A DNA stretch of 64,000 bases from an uncultured Candidatus Saccharibacteria bacterium (GCA_964450605.1 CAYVEK010000002.1:199805-263804); one strand, 5' to 3'. Positions 1 through 8,560 are shown, numbered from the stretch's first letter. Made by a program: numbers and translations. The notes: generated by a model not told the origin, from the letters alone.

Positions 1-2600
1 CTGAAGCCCAGATGGCTGCCGCAATAGTTGATGTAGAATAATCAGACAATGTTCTAGTTGCAGAACTCCACACATCAGCAGCTGTTAGTGTACTTCGAGA
101 TGATACTTGCGCATCCAAGTTGTCAGCAATCTTCTTTCCAATACTTCCTGTTGTTGTCAGTGCAGATGCAGCAACATCCCAGATCGCTTGTTTTGAGGCA
201 GTTGAGAGATCGACTGTTGAGTTAAGTGATCGCGCGCCATATGCCCAAACATCGGCAGCTGAGACGTTATTAAGCGCTTGTATCAATGCTCTGTTTGTCT
301 GTATTTCAGATATAACCGTTGAGATTGAACCATTTATATTATCTTTCAAAAGTTTTCCAACTGAGCCTGTTGTGTTTATAGATGATGTCAAAACATTCCA
401 CACATCAGCCGCAGTTATATCATTTCCATAACTTGTTAGAGTTCTTGAACCGTTTGCCCAGATAGCTGCAGTTATACTTGATGTCGCGTAGTCACTAAGT
501 GTTCGCGTTGCTGCATTCCAAACATCGGCTGCTGTAAGATTACTTGTTCCCCGTGTTGAGACTTGTGCATCTAAGTTGTCAGCAATCTTCTTTCCAATAC
601 TTCCTGCAGTTGTTAATCCTGAAGCCGCCACATCCCAGATAGCTTGCTTTGATGTGTTTGAGATATCTACGGTTGAGTTAAGTGATCGTGCACCATAAGT
701 CCAAACATCTGCAGCGCTTATGTTATTCAAAGATTGGATGAGAGTTCGGTTTGTCTGTATTTCAGTTATTACATTTGAAATAGAGTTGTTCAAGTTGTCT
801 TTAACTTGTTTTCCGATAGATCCAACCGTCGTGATAGATGAAGTTAGTACATTCCAAACATCAGCGGCAGTTATATCATTTCCATAGTTAGTTAGAGTTC
901 GACCAGCATTTGACCAAACAGCACTTGCAATAGAAGAAGTTCCGTAATCAGACAATGTTCTGCTTGCGGCACTCCACACATCTGCCGCAGTTAAGTTACT
1001 GATACCCCGAGAAGATATCTGTGCGTCTATATTATCAGCAATACGCTTACCTACAGATCCCGCAGTTGTAAGACTTGATGCAGCAACATCCCAGATAGCT
1101 TGTTTTGAAGCAGTAGACAGATCAACGTTTGAGTTTAGAGATCGAGTTCCATACGCCCAAACATCAGCGGCTGAAATGTTGTTTAGCGCTTGTATTAACG
1201 CTCTATTTGTTTGTATTTCTGTAACTACAGTTGAGATTGATCCATCAACATTGTCTTTTAATTGTTTACCTATAGTTCCAGGAGTTGTAAGTGTTGAAGA
1301 CAACACATTCCACACATCAGCGGCTGTGATGTTGTTTCCGTAGTTTGTAAGGGTTCGCGCCGCGTTTGACCACACTGCTGCAGTTATACTTGATGTCGCA
1401 TAATCTGTAAGTGTTCGAGTTGCAGCATTCCAAACATCTGCAGCAGTTAAGTTACTGATACCTCGAGAAGATATCTGCGCATCTAGTTTTTCTGCAATTT
1501 GTTTTCCAATACTTCCTGTTGTTGTAAGACCAGAGGCAGCAACATCCCAGATCGCCTGTTTTGATGCTGTAGAGATATTTACATCACCTGTTAAACTTCG
1601 AGCACCGTATGACCAAACATCGGCAGCTGAGACATTATTAAGTGCTTGAATTAAGGTTCTGTTTGTTTGTATTTCAGATATTACGTTTGTTACAGAATCA
1701 TTAACATTATCTTTTAATTGTTTACCTATACTTCCTGTTGTTGTAAGTGATGAAGATAAAACATTCCAAACATCAGCGGCAGTAATATCATTTCCATAGT
1801 TAGTTAGAGTTCTTGATCCGTTTGACCAGATCGCTGCTGTAAGTGTTGATGTGGCATAATCACTAAGGGTTCGAGTAGCAGAATTCCATACATCGGCTGC
1901 TGTTAAGTTACTTGTTCCTCGTGATGATACTTGAGCATCAAGGTTATCAACTATACGTTTACCGATAGAACCTGTAGTAGTTAATCCTGAAGCTGCCACA
2001 TCCCAAATCTCTTGTTTTGAAGCGGTAGAAAGATTCACATTTCCTGTGATTGTTCGTGCTCCATATGCCCAAACATCGGCGGCAGAGATGTTGTTAAGGG
2101 CTTGAATAAGTGTTCGGTTTGTCTGAACTTCTGCTATAACATTAGTTATAGTGTCATTTACATTGTCTTTTAACTGTTTACCGATTGAACCAGAAACATT
2201 TAAACTTGAGGACAGAACATTCCAAACATCAGCAGCGGTGATATCATTTCCATAGTTAGTTAGAGTTCGTGATCCACTAGACCACACTGCTGTTGTAATA
2301 GAAGAAGTTGCATAATCAGACAGTGTTCTTGTTGCTGCATTCCAGACGTCCGCAGCTGTTAGATTACTTGTTCCTCGTGTAGATATCTGTGCGTCGAGGT
2401 TATCTGCAATTCTTTTTCCTATTGAGCCTGAAGTTGTGAGCGCAGATGCAGCAACATCCCATATCGCCTGCTTAGACGCGGTAGACAGATCAACGTTTGT
2501 ATTTAGAGACCGAGCTCCGTATGCCCAAACATCAGCAGCTGAGATGTTATTCAATGCCTGAATCAAAGTTCTATTTGTAAGTATCTCCGATACTATGGCA
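1..2600 (-). repeat. 456-bp (152-aa) tandem repeat, about 5.6 copies visible
   Basis: The CCAAACATC anchor (DVW codons) recurs at about 244, 700, 1156, 1612, 2068 and 2524; copies differ mostly at synonymous positions. Confidence 0.92.
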
Positions 2601-3151
2601 TTTGTTGATGAAGAAACAAATGTTTCTGTTGCAAGAGATCCACCACCAGAAAGCACTTTATCTGTTAAACGTCGAACTGAAGCATATGAATCGTTCCAAA
2701 CATCAGCAGCTGCTGATCCAAGAGAGGTTATAGTTCTCACACTGTTTCCCCAAACAGAGCTTGCAATAGATGCGTTTGTTACATCAGGTGTTTTTACTAT
2801 AAATGTTTTTTCAGATTTTATGAGATTTCCTGCCGCAGTAGATCCACAAATAATAAAAGAGGGGTACGTACCGTTTGTACCCGGTGCTGTTAAGTTGTAG
2901 TACTGCCAACCAGCTGAACCGAGCGTAGTTGATGCATGAGCAAACACAGTTCCGTTTGGATTATAAACCAAAACCGAACAGACATCTGATGTCGGTGTAA
3001 GATCATCATCGAATACAAACTCACCTACAGTAACAGCATCACCCGGTGCATAGACATTTGAAGTAGCAAACAATAAGCATGGTGCAATTAAAAACGTAAG
3101 TAGTACGTAACGGAAAAATTTTGTTTTGTATGCTTTTTTCAAGTAGACCAT
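1..3151 (-). CDS. Giant secreted tandem-repeat protein (>1050 aa, runs off the left edge) with 152-aa repeats containing AADVW submotifs
   Basis: Not in the ORF track because no stop lies in the window. Manual translation from ATG 3151 gives MVYLKKAYKTKFFRYVLLTFLIAPCLLFATSNVYA (Sec-like signal), a short unique domain, then repeats. The same frame still reads repeat sequence at position 2 (STIAAAIWAS). Confidence 0.9.
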   Translation of the reverse strand, partial: MVYLKKAYKTKFFRYVLLTFLIAPCLLFATSNVYAPGDAVTVGEFVFDDDLTPTSDVCSVLVYNPNGTVFAHASTTLGSAGWQYYNLTAPGTNGTYPSFIICGSTAAGNLIKSEKTFIVKTPDVTNASIASSVWGNSVRTITSLGSAAADVWNDSYASVRRLTDKVLSGGGSLATETFVSSSTNAIVSEILTNRTLIQALNNISAADVWAYGARSLNTNVDLSTASKQAIWDVAASALTTSGSIGKRIADNLDAQISTRGTSNLTAADVWNAATRTLSDYATSSITTAVWSSGSRTLTNYGNDITAADVWNVLSSSLNVSGSIGKQLKDNVNDTITNVIAEVQTNRTLIQALNNISAADVWAYGARTITGNVNLSTASKQEIWDVAASGLTTTGSIGKRIVDNLDAQVSSRGTSNLTAADVWNSATRTLSDYATSTLTAAIWSNGSRTLTNYGNDITAADVWNVLSSSLTTTGSIGKQLKDNVNDSVTNVISEIQTNRTLIQALNNVSAADVWSYGARSLTGDVNISTASKQAIWDVAASGLTTTGSIGKQIAEKLDAQISSRGISNLTAADVWNAATRTLTDYATSSITAAVWSNAARTLTNYGNNITAADVWNVLSSTLTTPGTIGKQLKDNVDGSISTVVTEIQTNRALIQALNNISAADVWAYGTRSLNSNVDLSTASKQAIWDVAASSLTTAGSVGKRIADNIDAQISSRGISNLTAADVWSAASRTLSDYGTSSIASAVWSNAGRTLTNYGNDITAADVWNVLTSSITTVGSIGKQVKDNLNNSISNVITEIQTNRTLIQSLNNISAADVWTYGARSLNSTVDISNTSKQAIWDVAASGLTTAGSIGKKIADNLDAQVSTRGTSNLTAADVWNAATRTLSDYATSSITAAIWANGSRTLTSYGNDITAADVWNVLTSSINTTGSVGKLLKDNINGSISTVISEIQTNRALIQALNNVSAADVWAYGARSLNSTVDLSTASKQAIWDVAASALTTTGSIGKKIADNLDAQVSSRSTLTAADVWSSATRTLSDYSTSTIAAAIWAS

Positions 3152-3176
3152 GACTTATTTTTTATTTTCAATATAA

Positions 3177-3335
3177 CTATTTTTTCTTCGAGTCATCAAC
3201 AGACTTGAATGCTCCAAGTATGTGTCGTATTGCGTCGGCTACACTTTTTGTTAGTTCCGGTATTTTTTTCGGACCAAACAATAGTACAGCCAAAATTGCA
3301 ATTATTATTATTTCTTTTGTTCCTAGTCCAAACAT
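3177..3335 (-). CDS. tatA: Twin-arginine translocase TatA/TatE family subunit (52 aa)
   Basis: Manual translation MFGLGTKEIIIIAILAVLLFGPKKIPELTKSVADAIRHILGAFKSVDDSKKK: polar E8, TM helix, FGxxKxPE hinge, amphipathic helix ending FK; lies downstream of tatC. Confidence 0.93.
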   Translation of the reverse strand: MFGLGTKEIIIIAILAVLLFGPKKIPELTKSVADAIRHILGAFKSVDDSKKK

Positions 3336-3349
3336 ATTTTTTTAAAAAA

Positions 3350-3514
3350 TTATTTTTTATTTTTACCCTCATCAGAACCACCTTTAAACGCTCCTGTGAT
3401 GTGCTTTACAGCCTCAACAAGACTTTTGGCAAGTTCTGGTATTCTCTTTGATCCAAATAGCAATATAGCTATAACCAAGATGATTATTAATTCTTTTGTT
3501 CCTAGTCCGAGCAT
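3350..3514 (-). CDS. tatA: Twin-arginine translocase TatA/TatE family subunit (54 aa), second paralog
   Basis: Manual translation MLGLGTKELIIILVIAILLFGSKRIPELAKSLVEAVKHITGAFKGGSDEGKNKK; directly downstream of tatC. Confidence 0.93.
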   Translation of the reverse strand: MLGLGTKELIIILVIAILLFGSKRIPELAKSLVEAVKHITGAFKGGSDEGKNKK

Positions 3515-3531
3515 ATATTATATAAAAAGTT

Positions 3532-4263
3532 TTATGATATTAATTTGGGCTTACGTCCTTTGTTTCGGTTGACTAAAATAGTTAACTCGTAAATAAGTAA
3601 CATAGGCAGCGCCATCAGTATTAATGATAACCCGTCGGTAGGTGGAAGTAAAGAAACAAAGATAAAAATAAGAAAATATGCGAGGCGTCTATGTTTTCTA
3701 AGTGTTGCTGGATTTATAACTCCGATGTTTGACAAAAAAGTGATAATGATTGGAAATTGAAATATCAATCCAAGAAGAGACGCGGTAACTACAATATCAG
3801 ATATAAACTTCCCTATATCCCAGTAGTTTACAACCCCCAGACTCACATTTATCTGAGCTATCATATTTATACCTACATAGAGAACTAAAAAACCATATAT
3901 AAAACCAACGAAAAATAACAACAATGCGACTGGTATTAATAAAATAAACAACTTCTTTTCCTTTGAGCGTAGACCTGGACTTAAAAATGCATATATATGG
4001 TATATAGTTACAGGAGTAATAAATACGCTGGCAATAAAAAAACCTGTACTCATGGCAATATCCACCATCTGAAACGGTGAGCTAATCACTATAGACACAT
4101 TTTCAAAGTTCAAAAGACGTATTGCAGTTTTGACAATAAAACCTGTACCCAAAAAACTTACAATAAAGACAGCGACAAAAAGCTTAACCAGTATGATTAT
4201 TCGCCTTTTTAAATCCTCGAGAAAAATTCCGTATTCTGCTATATAGGCGTCTAATTTGCTCAT
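3532..4263 (-). CDS. tatC: Twin-arginine translocase subunit TatC
   Basis: About six TM segments; LEDLKRR, YAFLSPGLRSKEK, GLIFQFP and LPPTDGLS...PM..IYE motifs of TatC. Confidence 0.93.
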   Translation of the reverse strand: MSKLDAYIAEYGIFLEDLKRRIIILVKLFVAVFIVSFLGTGFIVKTAIRLLNFENVSIVISSPFQMVDIAMSTGFFIASVFITPVTIYHIYAFLSPGLRSKEKKLFILLIPVALLLFFVGFIYGFLVLYVGINMIAQINVSLGVVNYWDIGKFISDIVVTASLLGLIFQFPIIITFLSNIGVINPATLRKHRRLAYFLIFIFVSLLPPTDGLSLILMALPMLLIYELTILVNRNKGRKPKLIS

Positions 4264-4266
4264 GTT

Positions 4267-4446
4267 TTATTCGGACATAATAAATATATTTCCTCCTCCG
4301 CCTGTAAGAACAAGCTCCATGACCAGATATTGTTCGCTTGATGGTTCAAACAAAATATCAACAGGACTAAAAAGTGTTCCAGTAGGTATTTCCACAATAA
4401 AATCCTGCCCTTCCCCTGTTTGAAAATTAATGTCAGTCAGAGCCAT
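4267..4446 (-). CDS. 59-aa acidic microprotein in the tat operon
   Basis: Manual translation MALTDINFQTGEGQDFIVEIPTGTLFSPVDILFEPSSEQYLVMELVLTGGGGNIFIMSE; fills the gap exactly, 7 bp after the upstream stop and 3 bp before tatC. Confidence 0.8.
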   Translation of the reverse strand: MALTDINFQTGEGQDFIVEIPTGTLFSPVDILFEPSSEQYLVMELVLTGGGGNIFIMSE

Positions 4447-4453
4447 ATATAGA

Positions 4454-5089
4454 TTATACTATTATTTTTCTAATACGACGATTATTTATACTAACAACCG
4501 GCTCTGCTGGTGCAGGAGTTTCAATTGGTGCTGGAGTCGGCTCAGCGGCTGGAGTCTGTGGTATTGGATCCACAACAGGTTCCACGACCTGAGAAGATAC
4601 AGGGTCTCCTGCTGGTGGTACAACCACAGGCTCAACAGGAGGTGTACTTGATGCATTTGTATTATTTTCTACAGGCGTAGCTGGTGCAACAGGTTCAGAT
4701 GGAACAAGAGGTTGTTCTGTTGGAGCGGTAGGTGTCGGTGTTTGTATGACCTCATTCTGAACAGGTGCTTGAGCAGGAGTTTGTTGCTGAGGTACTTCAG
4801 GAGTAGGTTGTGCAACAACCTCTTGCTGTACAGGTGTACCAACGGCATCATTTATAGTTGTGTTTGGATCGAACTTTAATATCTCTTTTTCAAGTTCTTT
4901 TTCATCGTTTATTGTATACACAAGACCACCATACTCTATATACTGAGCCTCAAGCCAGCAAAAAGGCTCATCAGGAGTTTCAACTTTTGCACAAATAACC
5001 ATATCAGAATCATTTCTCTCCCCTGTTTGTTCATATACAACAAGGTCTGGTCTATCTTTTACTTTTTGTCCTTTTTCAAGATAAATCAT
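4454..5089 (-). CDS. Hypothetical protein: small N-terminal domain, long Pro/Thr/Glu/Gln-rich linker, basic tail
   Basis: ORF track 211 aa; 1-bp gap from the upstream gene. Confidence 0.8.
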   Translation of the reverse strand: MIYLEKGQKVKDRPDLVVYEQTGERNDSDMVICAKVETPDEPFCWLEAQYIEYGGLVYTINDEKELEKEILKFDPNTTINDAVGTPVQQEVVAQPTPEVPQQQTPAQAPVQNEVIQTPTPTAPTEQPLVPSEPVAPATPVENNTNASSTPPVEPVVVPPAGDPVSSQVVEPVVDPIPQTPAAEPTPAPIETPAPAEPVVSINNRRIRKIIV

Positions 5090-5090
5090 A

Positions 5091-7241
5091 TTAGTTTTGT
5101 GTTAGTAATGCTCTTACTTTGATGTTATCACCTAGAGATGCAGGTGTATATCTGATATATGTTGTTTCGTTTGCCTTATCTGTAGTGTTATATGCCCCCC
5201 AAGTACTTCCGCCGTCTGTAGATTTTTCCCAAGTACCTGTTGGAGATGCTGAGTTATCGTCGACTAATGATCCACCTGTTACAGCATCATACAAACGAAC
5301 ACGAAGTGTTGGGACTGTTCCACCAAACGCTGTAGCAAATCTCCATGCAAATCTTTTATCAGTAGTTGAAGATTGCGCGACTGACGGCTGATAATGTGAG
5401 TCTGTTGTATTGTCCTCGTACAAAACAGCCAGTGATAAAAGTCTGGCTGGTATACCATGAACGTTTCCAATTGTTTGAAATTCAAATTTAAATTGAATAG
5501 ATGTTGTACCGGTAACAGAAGATAGATCTCCTGATTGATCGATGAGAGTCCAAGAACCACTATTATCTGAAATACCAGATGTTCTGTAATAGGATCTATA
5601 CATCATGAGAGGTGTAACAAAAACACCAGAACCCAAACTTGTAACACATTCTGTTAAAAATCTTTTAAACTTAGAGTTATTTGGTGTTGATATTTCAGGA
5701 GAAATTGCCACATTGTTTGTAACAGAAGTTAGATTCCAGTCGGCAACTATAGCAAGAGCATGCAGACCTGTTGTACCTGTAGTAGCCGAACCAACACGGA
5801 GTACGTGCGCGATACCATTACTCGTTTCGATATACAAGGCGGCGTTTCTTGTGTCATACGGCAGAGGTACAGAATCAGAATCAGCGGCCGCGTTATCAAG
5901 CTGTACAAATGCATTTCCAAATATGAACTCGAACTCATCTCCTGATGTTGTTGGATATATAGTTAGATAATTTCGTGCACCTGTTGCACCTGTTGTTGTT
6001 ATATAAAACCTATCCGCTGCAGGTGAATAGTTGATAAAAGTCATAACACTCGACGCAGCTTGAACCGTAGCTCCTCCTGGTGGCATTTCAATACGGTTAT
6101 CTGATTGCCAAGTCAAGTTACCTGCTGTTATGTTTGTTTCTGCCGCTCGATACACACGAGTTGTGGTTACAAAATATATAGACTTCACACCACTACCAGC
6201 ACCATGCGATGCGGTACATATGATACCGTTGTTTGTTTGTGATGCAGTACCTGTTACAGACTGCGCTCCGGTTACAACTATGTTTGCACCAGCAAGAGTC
6301 ATTTTACCCGCAGTTATGGAGTCGTTTGCTCGTAAGTTGTATTTAAATATTTTGCACGAAGTCGTACCGTCAAGCACATATGCAAAATGAGAAGTTGAAG
6401 TAAAGTTTGTTTTTACATTTCCATCAACAGTAACTCCACATGCAACAGTGTTAGTTACCGTAGCAGCATCTGCCAACCAATATGTTAGTTTTAAGTTATC
6501 AACAGTAGAAGCTGATGCTGCTATAGTTGTACCTGTTGTTGTAAAATCATCCCATGTTATACCCTTTCCTACAAACAATCCTCCGTTAGTCGTTGTTGTG
6601 TTTGTAAGAGTGATTACTGGACGAAGCTCTTCTATAACATAAGCCGTACCTGCTGAAATGGTTCCAGCTGTAAGTGTAAGTGTTATAGATGTATCGCTAC
6701 CTATAGCTGATATGTAGTACCAAGTTGTAACTTGCGTTGGATCTGTTGTTCCAAAACCGATACGCGCACCGACCGCTATACGCTGTGTGGAAAACTGCGT
6801 ACTTGTTCCTGTAACAGCTGTTCCTGATACTGCAACAGTTCCTGTTATGTGCGTATAGTAACACATACGAAAACCTCTTTGTACGTTAGTGGCGTTAGTT
6901 ACAGAAAAAGTTATAAAACCTTTCCAGGCGTATGTTGAAGTCGCTCGGTTATATGTATATGCAGTTATTCTTTTTGCCGTAGTTGTTACGGCTTCGATAC
7001 CAAAAACCCAATCAATAGTAGAAGACCATTGTACTGAGTCTATATATACCGGAGGTATAGATGTGGACTCATCAACAGGTCGTGCAAGGTTTGGCTTAAC
7101 TGGACCGATGAATTTATCAGTTACAAGAGCTCCTGTATATTGTTTTATCTGTGGTCCAAGATTCCAATTAGCCGCATTATAAGAACCCGGATAATCGGTG
7201 GTAGTACCTGTAGCTAATTGTTCAACAACTCGTAATGCCAT
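5091..7241 (-). CDS. Thr/Gly-rich beta-structured protein with a phage tail-fibre-like module and no signal peptide
   Basis: 716 aa; GTVAVSGTAVTGTSTQF...YYISAIGSDTSITLT resembles virion fibre/baseplate modules; C-terminal Asp-box-like KSTDGGSTW. Confidence 0.7.
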   Translation of the reverse strand: MALRVVEQLATGTTTDYPGSYNAANWNLGPQIKQYTGALVTDKFIGPVKPNLARPVDESTSIPPVYIDSVQWSSTIDWVFGIEAVTTTAKRITAYTYNRATSTYAWKGFITFSVTNATNVQRGFRMCYYTHITGTVAVSGTAVTGTSTQFSTQRIAVGARIGFGTTDPTQVTTWYYISAIGSDTSITLTLTAGTISAGTAYVIEELRPVITLTNTTTTNGGLFVGKGITWDDFTTTGTTIAASASTVDNLKLTYWLADAATVTNTVACGVTVDGNVKTNFTSTSHFAYVLDGTTSCKIFKYNLRANDSITAGKMTLAGANIVVTGAQSVTGTASQTNNGIICTASHGAGSGVKSIYFVTTTRVYRAAETNITAGNLTWQSDNRIEMPPGGATVQAASSVMTFINYSPAADRFYITTTGATGARNYLTIYPTTSGDEFEFIFGNAFVQLDNAAADSDSVPLPYDTRNAALYIETSNGIAHVLRVGSATTGTTGLHALAIVADWNLTSVTNNVAISPEISTPNNSKFKRFLTECVTSLGSGVFVTPLMMYRSYYRTSGISDNSGSWTLIDQSGDLSSVTGTTSIQFKFEFQTIGNVHGIPARLLSLAVLYEDNTTDSHYQPSVAQSSTTDKRFAWRFATAFGGTVPTLRVRLYDAVTGGSLVDDNSASPTGTWEKSTDGGSTWGAYNTTDKANETTYIRYTPASLGDNIKVRALLTQN

Positions 7242-7291
7242 ATTTTATATAAATCTTTAAATTAATTTCTCTAATTATAACCTACCCTTCA

Positions 7292-8065
7292 TCAGACTTC
7301 CAAATAATCAACATTGATCTGGACTGTCGCACCTGCACTTAAGACGCAGTAGACTTCTTGGTTTACACCACCTTCAACAAAGTTAGGGTGATTATTCGCA
7401 CCATACAACCCTCCAGCCTTAGGCGACACGTATTTTTCATAATCAGTACCACCTGATGTAAATCTAAAAGAAACAGAACCCAGATCAGATGTTAATGAAA
7501 AACGTGTACTGTAAACCCGTATTTTCTTTCCACTTGAAGGCGTTATAACTGTTCCAGAGTTTGTTAGGGTTACGGTCTGCTTTAAAACACTTTGTCCCGA
7601 GATAATAGTTTGAAGAGTCTCTTCTGTTGCAGGATTTACTCTTGTATTTGAAGCATTTTTTACACCAACCACACTTGAAGTTGGAGTTGCTCCCATAACG
7701 TATGCCTCAGCCTTTTTAGGAATCATCGATATTGCAACCGCCCCAAGACCTGCCATACTCGCAAGTTTCAAAAATGATCTTTTTTTAGGGTCTACGCCTT
7801 CAATTTCATGAACAACCTGCTCTGGCACCACCTTATCAACTATCACGTTTTTATCTTCTCGAGCTTCGATAACTGTTTCAGAAACAACTTTTCGTTGTGT
7901 TCTTTTTTCTACATATACAGGCTTTAATATCCCGTCAATACTTCCTACTACTGGGAATCTTTGCGGCTTTGAAAAACTTTGAGAGTCATCAGAAACAGTC
8001 ACAGCATCATGCCGCATCATTTTTTGTGATAGAAATTTAAAAGGATATCTGCTGCTCGACAACAT
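7292..8065 (-). CDS. Protein with an internal Tat-like signal peptide (KKRSFLK...AEA) and a beta-rich C-terminal domain
   Basis: Residues 94-121 KKRSFLKLASMAGLGAVAISMIPKKAEA; first gene of the tat-containing operon. Confidence 0.75.
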   Translation of the reverse strand: MLSSSRYPFKFLSQKMMRHDAVTVSDDSQSFSKPQRFPVVGSIDGILKPVYVEKRTQRKVVSETVIEAREDKNVIVDKVVPEQVVHEIEGVDPKKRSFLKLASMAGLGAVAISMIPKKAEAYVMGATPTSSVVGVKNASNTRVNPATEETLQTIISGQSVLKQTVTLTNSGTVITPSSGKKIRVYSTRFSLTSDLGSVSFRFTSGGTDYEKYVSPKAGGLYGANNHPNFVEGGVNQEVYCVLSAGATVQINVDYLEV

Positions 8066-8073
8066 ACTTGATT

Positions 8074-8082
8074 ATTATATCA
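8074..8082 (-). promoter_or_regulatory. Extended -10 promoter of the tat operon (TGaTATAAT, 8 nt before ATG)
   Basis: Minus strand reads TGATATAAT-aatcaagt-ATG. Confidence 0.6.
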
Positions 8083-8160
8083 CCATATTTTGTAAAAATA
8101 CAAAAACAAAAAACCTTTACGTGTGGGTAAAAGTTTTTTGTTTAGATTTTATTTTCTTTG

Positions 8161-8234
8161 CGCAGTCGACCGGATTTGAACCGGCGACCTTCCGCGTGAC
8201 AGGCGGACGTTCTAACCAGCTGAACTACGACTGC
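8161..8234 (-). tRNA. tRNA-Asp(GTC)
   Basis: Cloverleaf GCAGTCG...CCGCCTGTCACGCGG...GGTTCAAATCC...CGACTGCG. Confidence 0.95.
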
Positions 8235-8326
8235 ATGCTATGTATTATACACATATCTTTTTCTATTCAAAATATTTTTTTAAAAAATTTAGAGAAACAA
8301 CTCTTTATCTCTTAAAGTATATATTT

Positions 8327-8403
8327 TGGTGTCAGTGGGAGGAATCGAACCTCCGACCTTGGGCTTATGAGTCCCACGCTCTAACCGACTGAGCTACACT
8401 GAC
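8327..8403 (-). tRNA. tRNA-Met(CAT), probably elongator (Ile2 not excluded)
   Basis: GTCAGTGTAGCTCAG...CTCATAA...GGTTCGATTCC...CACTGACACCA with encoded CCA. Confidence 0.9.
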
Positions 8404-8411
8404 TCTTCTTG

Positions 8412-8482
8412 TTGCGAGGCTTGGATTTGCACCAAGGCTTTCAGGTTATGAGCCTGACGAGCTACTGTTACTCCACCCCGCT
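8412..8482 (-). tRNA. tRNA-fMet(CAT), initiator-like
   Basis: AGCGGGG...TCAGGCTCATAACCTGA...CCTCGCAA; 1:72 mismatch and A11:U24 typical of initiators. Confidence 0.88.
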
Positions 8483-8560
8483 ATGCTTTTATTAAACTGA
8501 TACCCCCTCCACTACGAGGTAAAATTAAAATAGGTACTCAGACAGTATAATATATATTTA

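Noticed and set aside
1-2600. Possible CRISPR array or DGR repeat
   Set aside because: The period is 456 bp, in frame, with synonymous variation, no unique spacers and no cas or reverse transcriptase gene seen in the window.
120-2900. Plus-strand ORFs 120-431 and 2595-2900
   Set aside because: Antisense shadows of the long minus-strand repeat gene.
3196-3451. ORF-track calls 3196-3381 (-) and 3209-3451 (+)
   Set aside because: Wrong frames; the region holds two clear tatA genes.
4454-8065. Intact prophage
   Set aside because: No capsid, portal, terminase, lysis or integrase genes seen; the genes are interleaved with tatC and tatA.
8121-8315. ORFs overlapping tRNA genes (8121-8315, 50675-50896, 52299-52496)
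   Set aside because: They overlap tRNAs or terminators and have no protein features.
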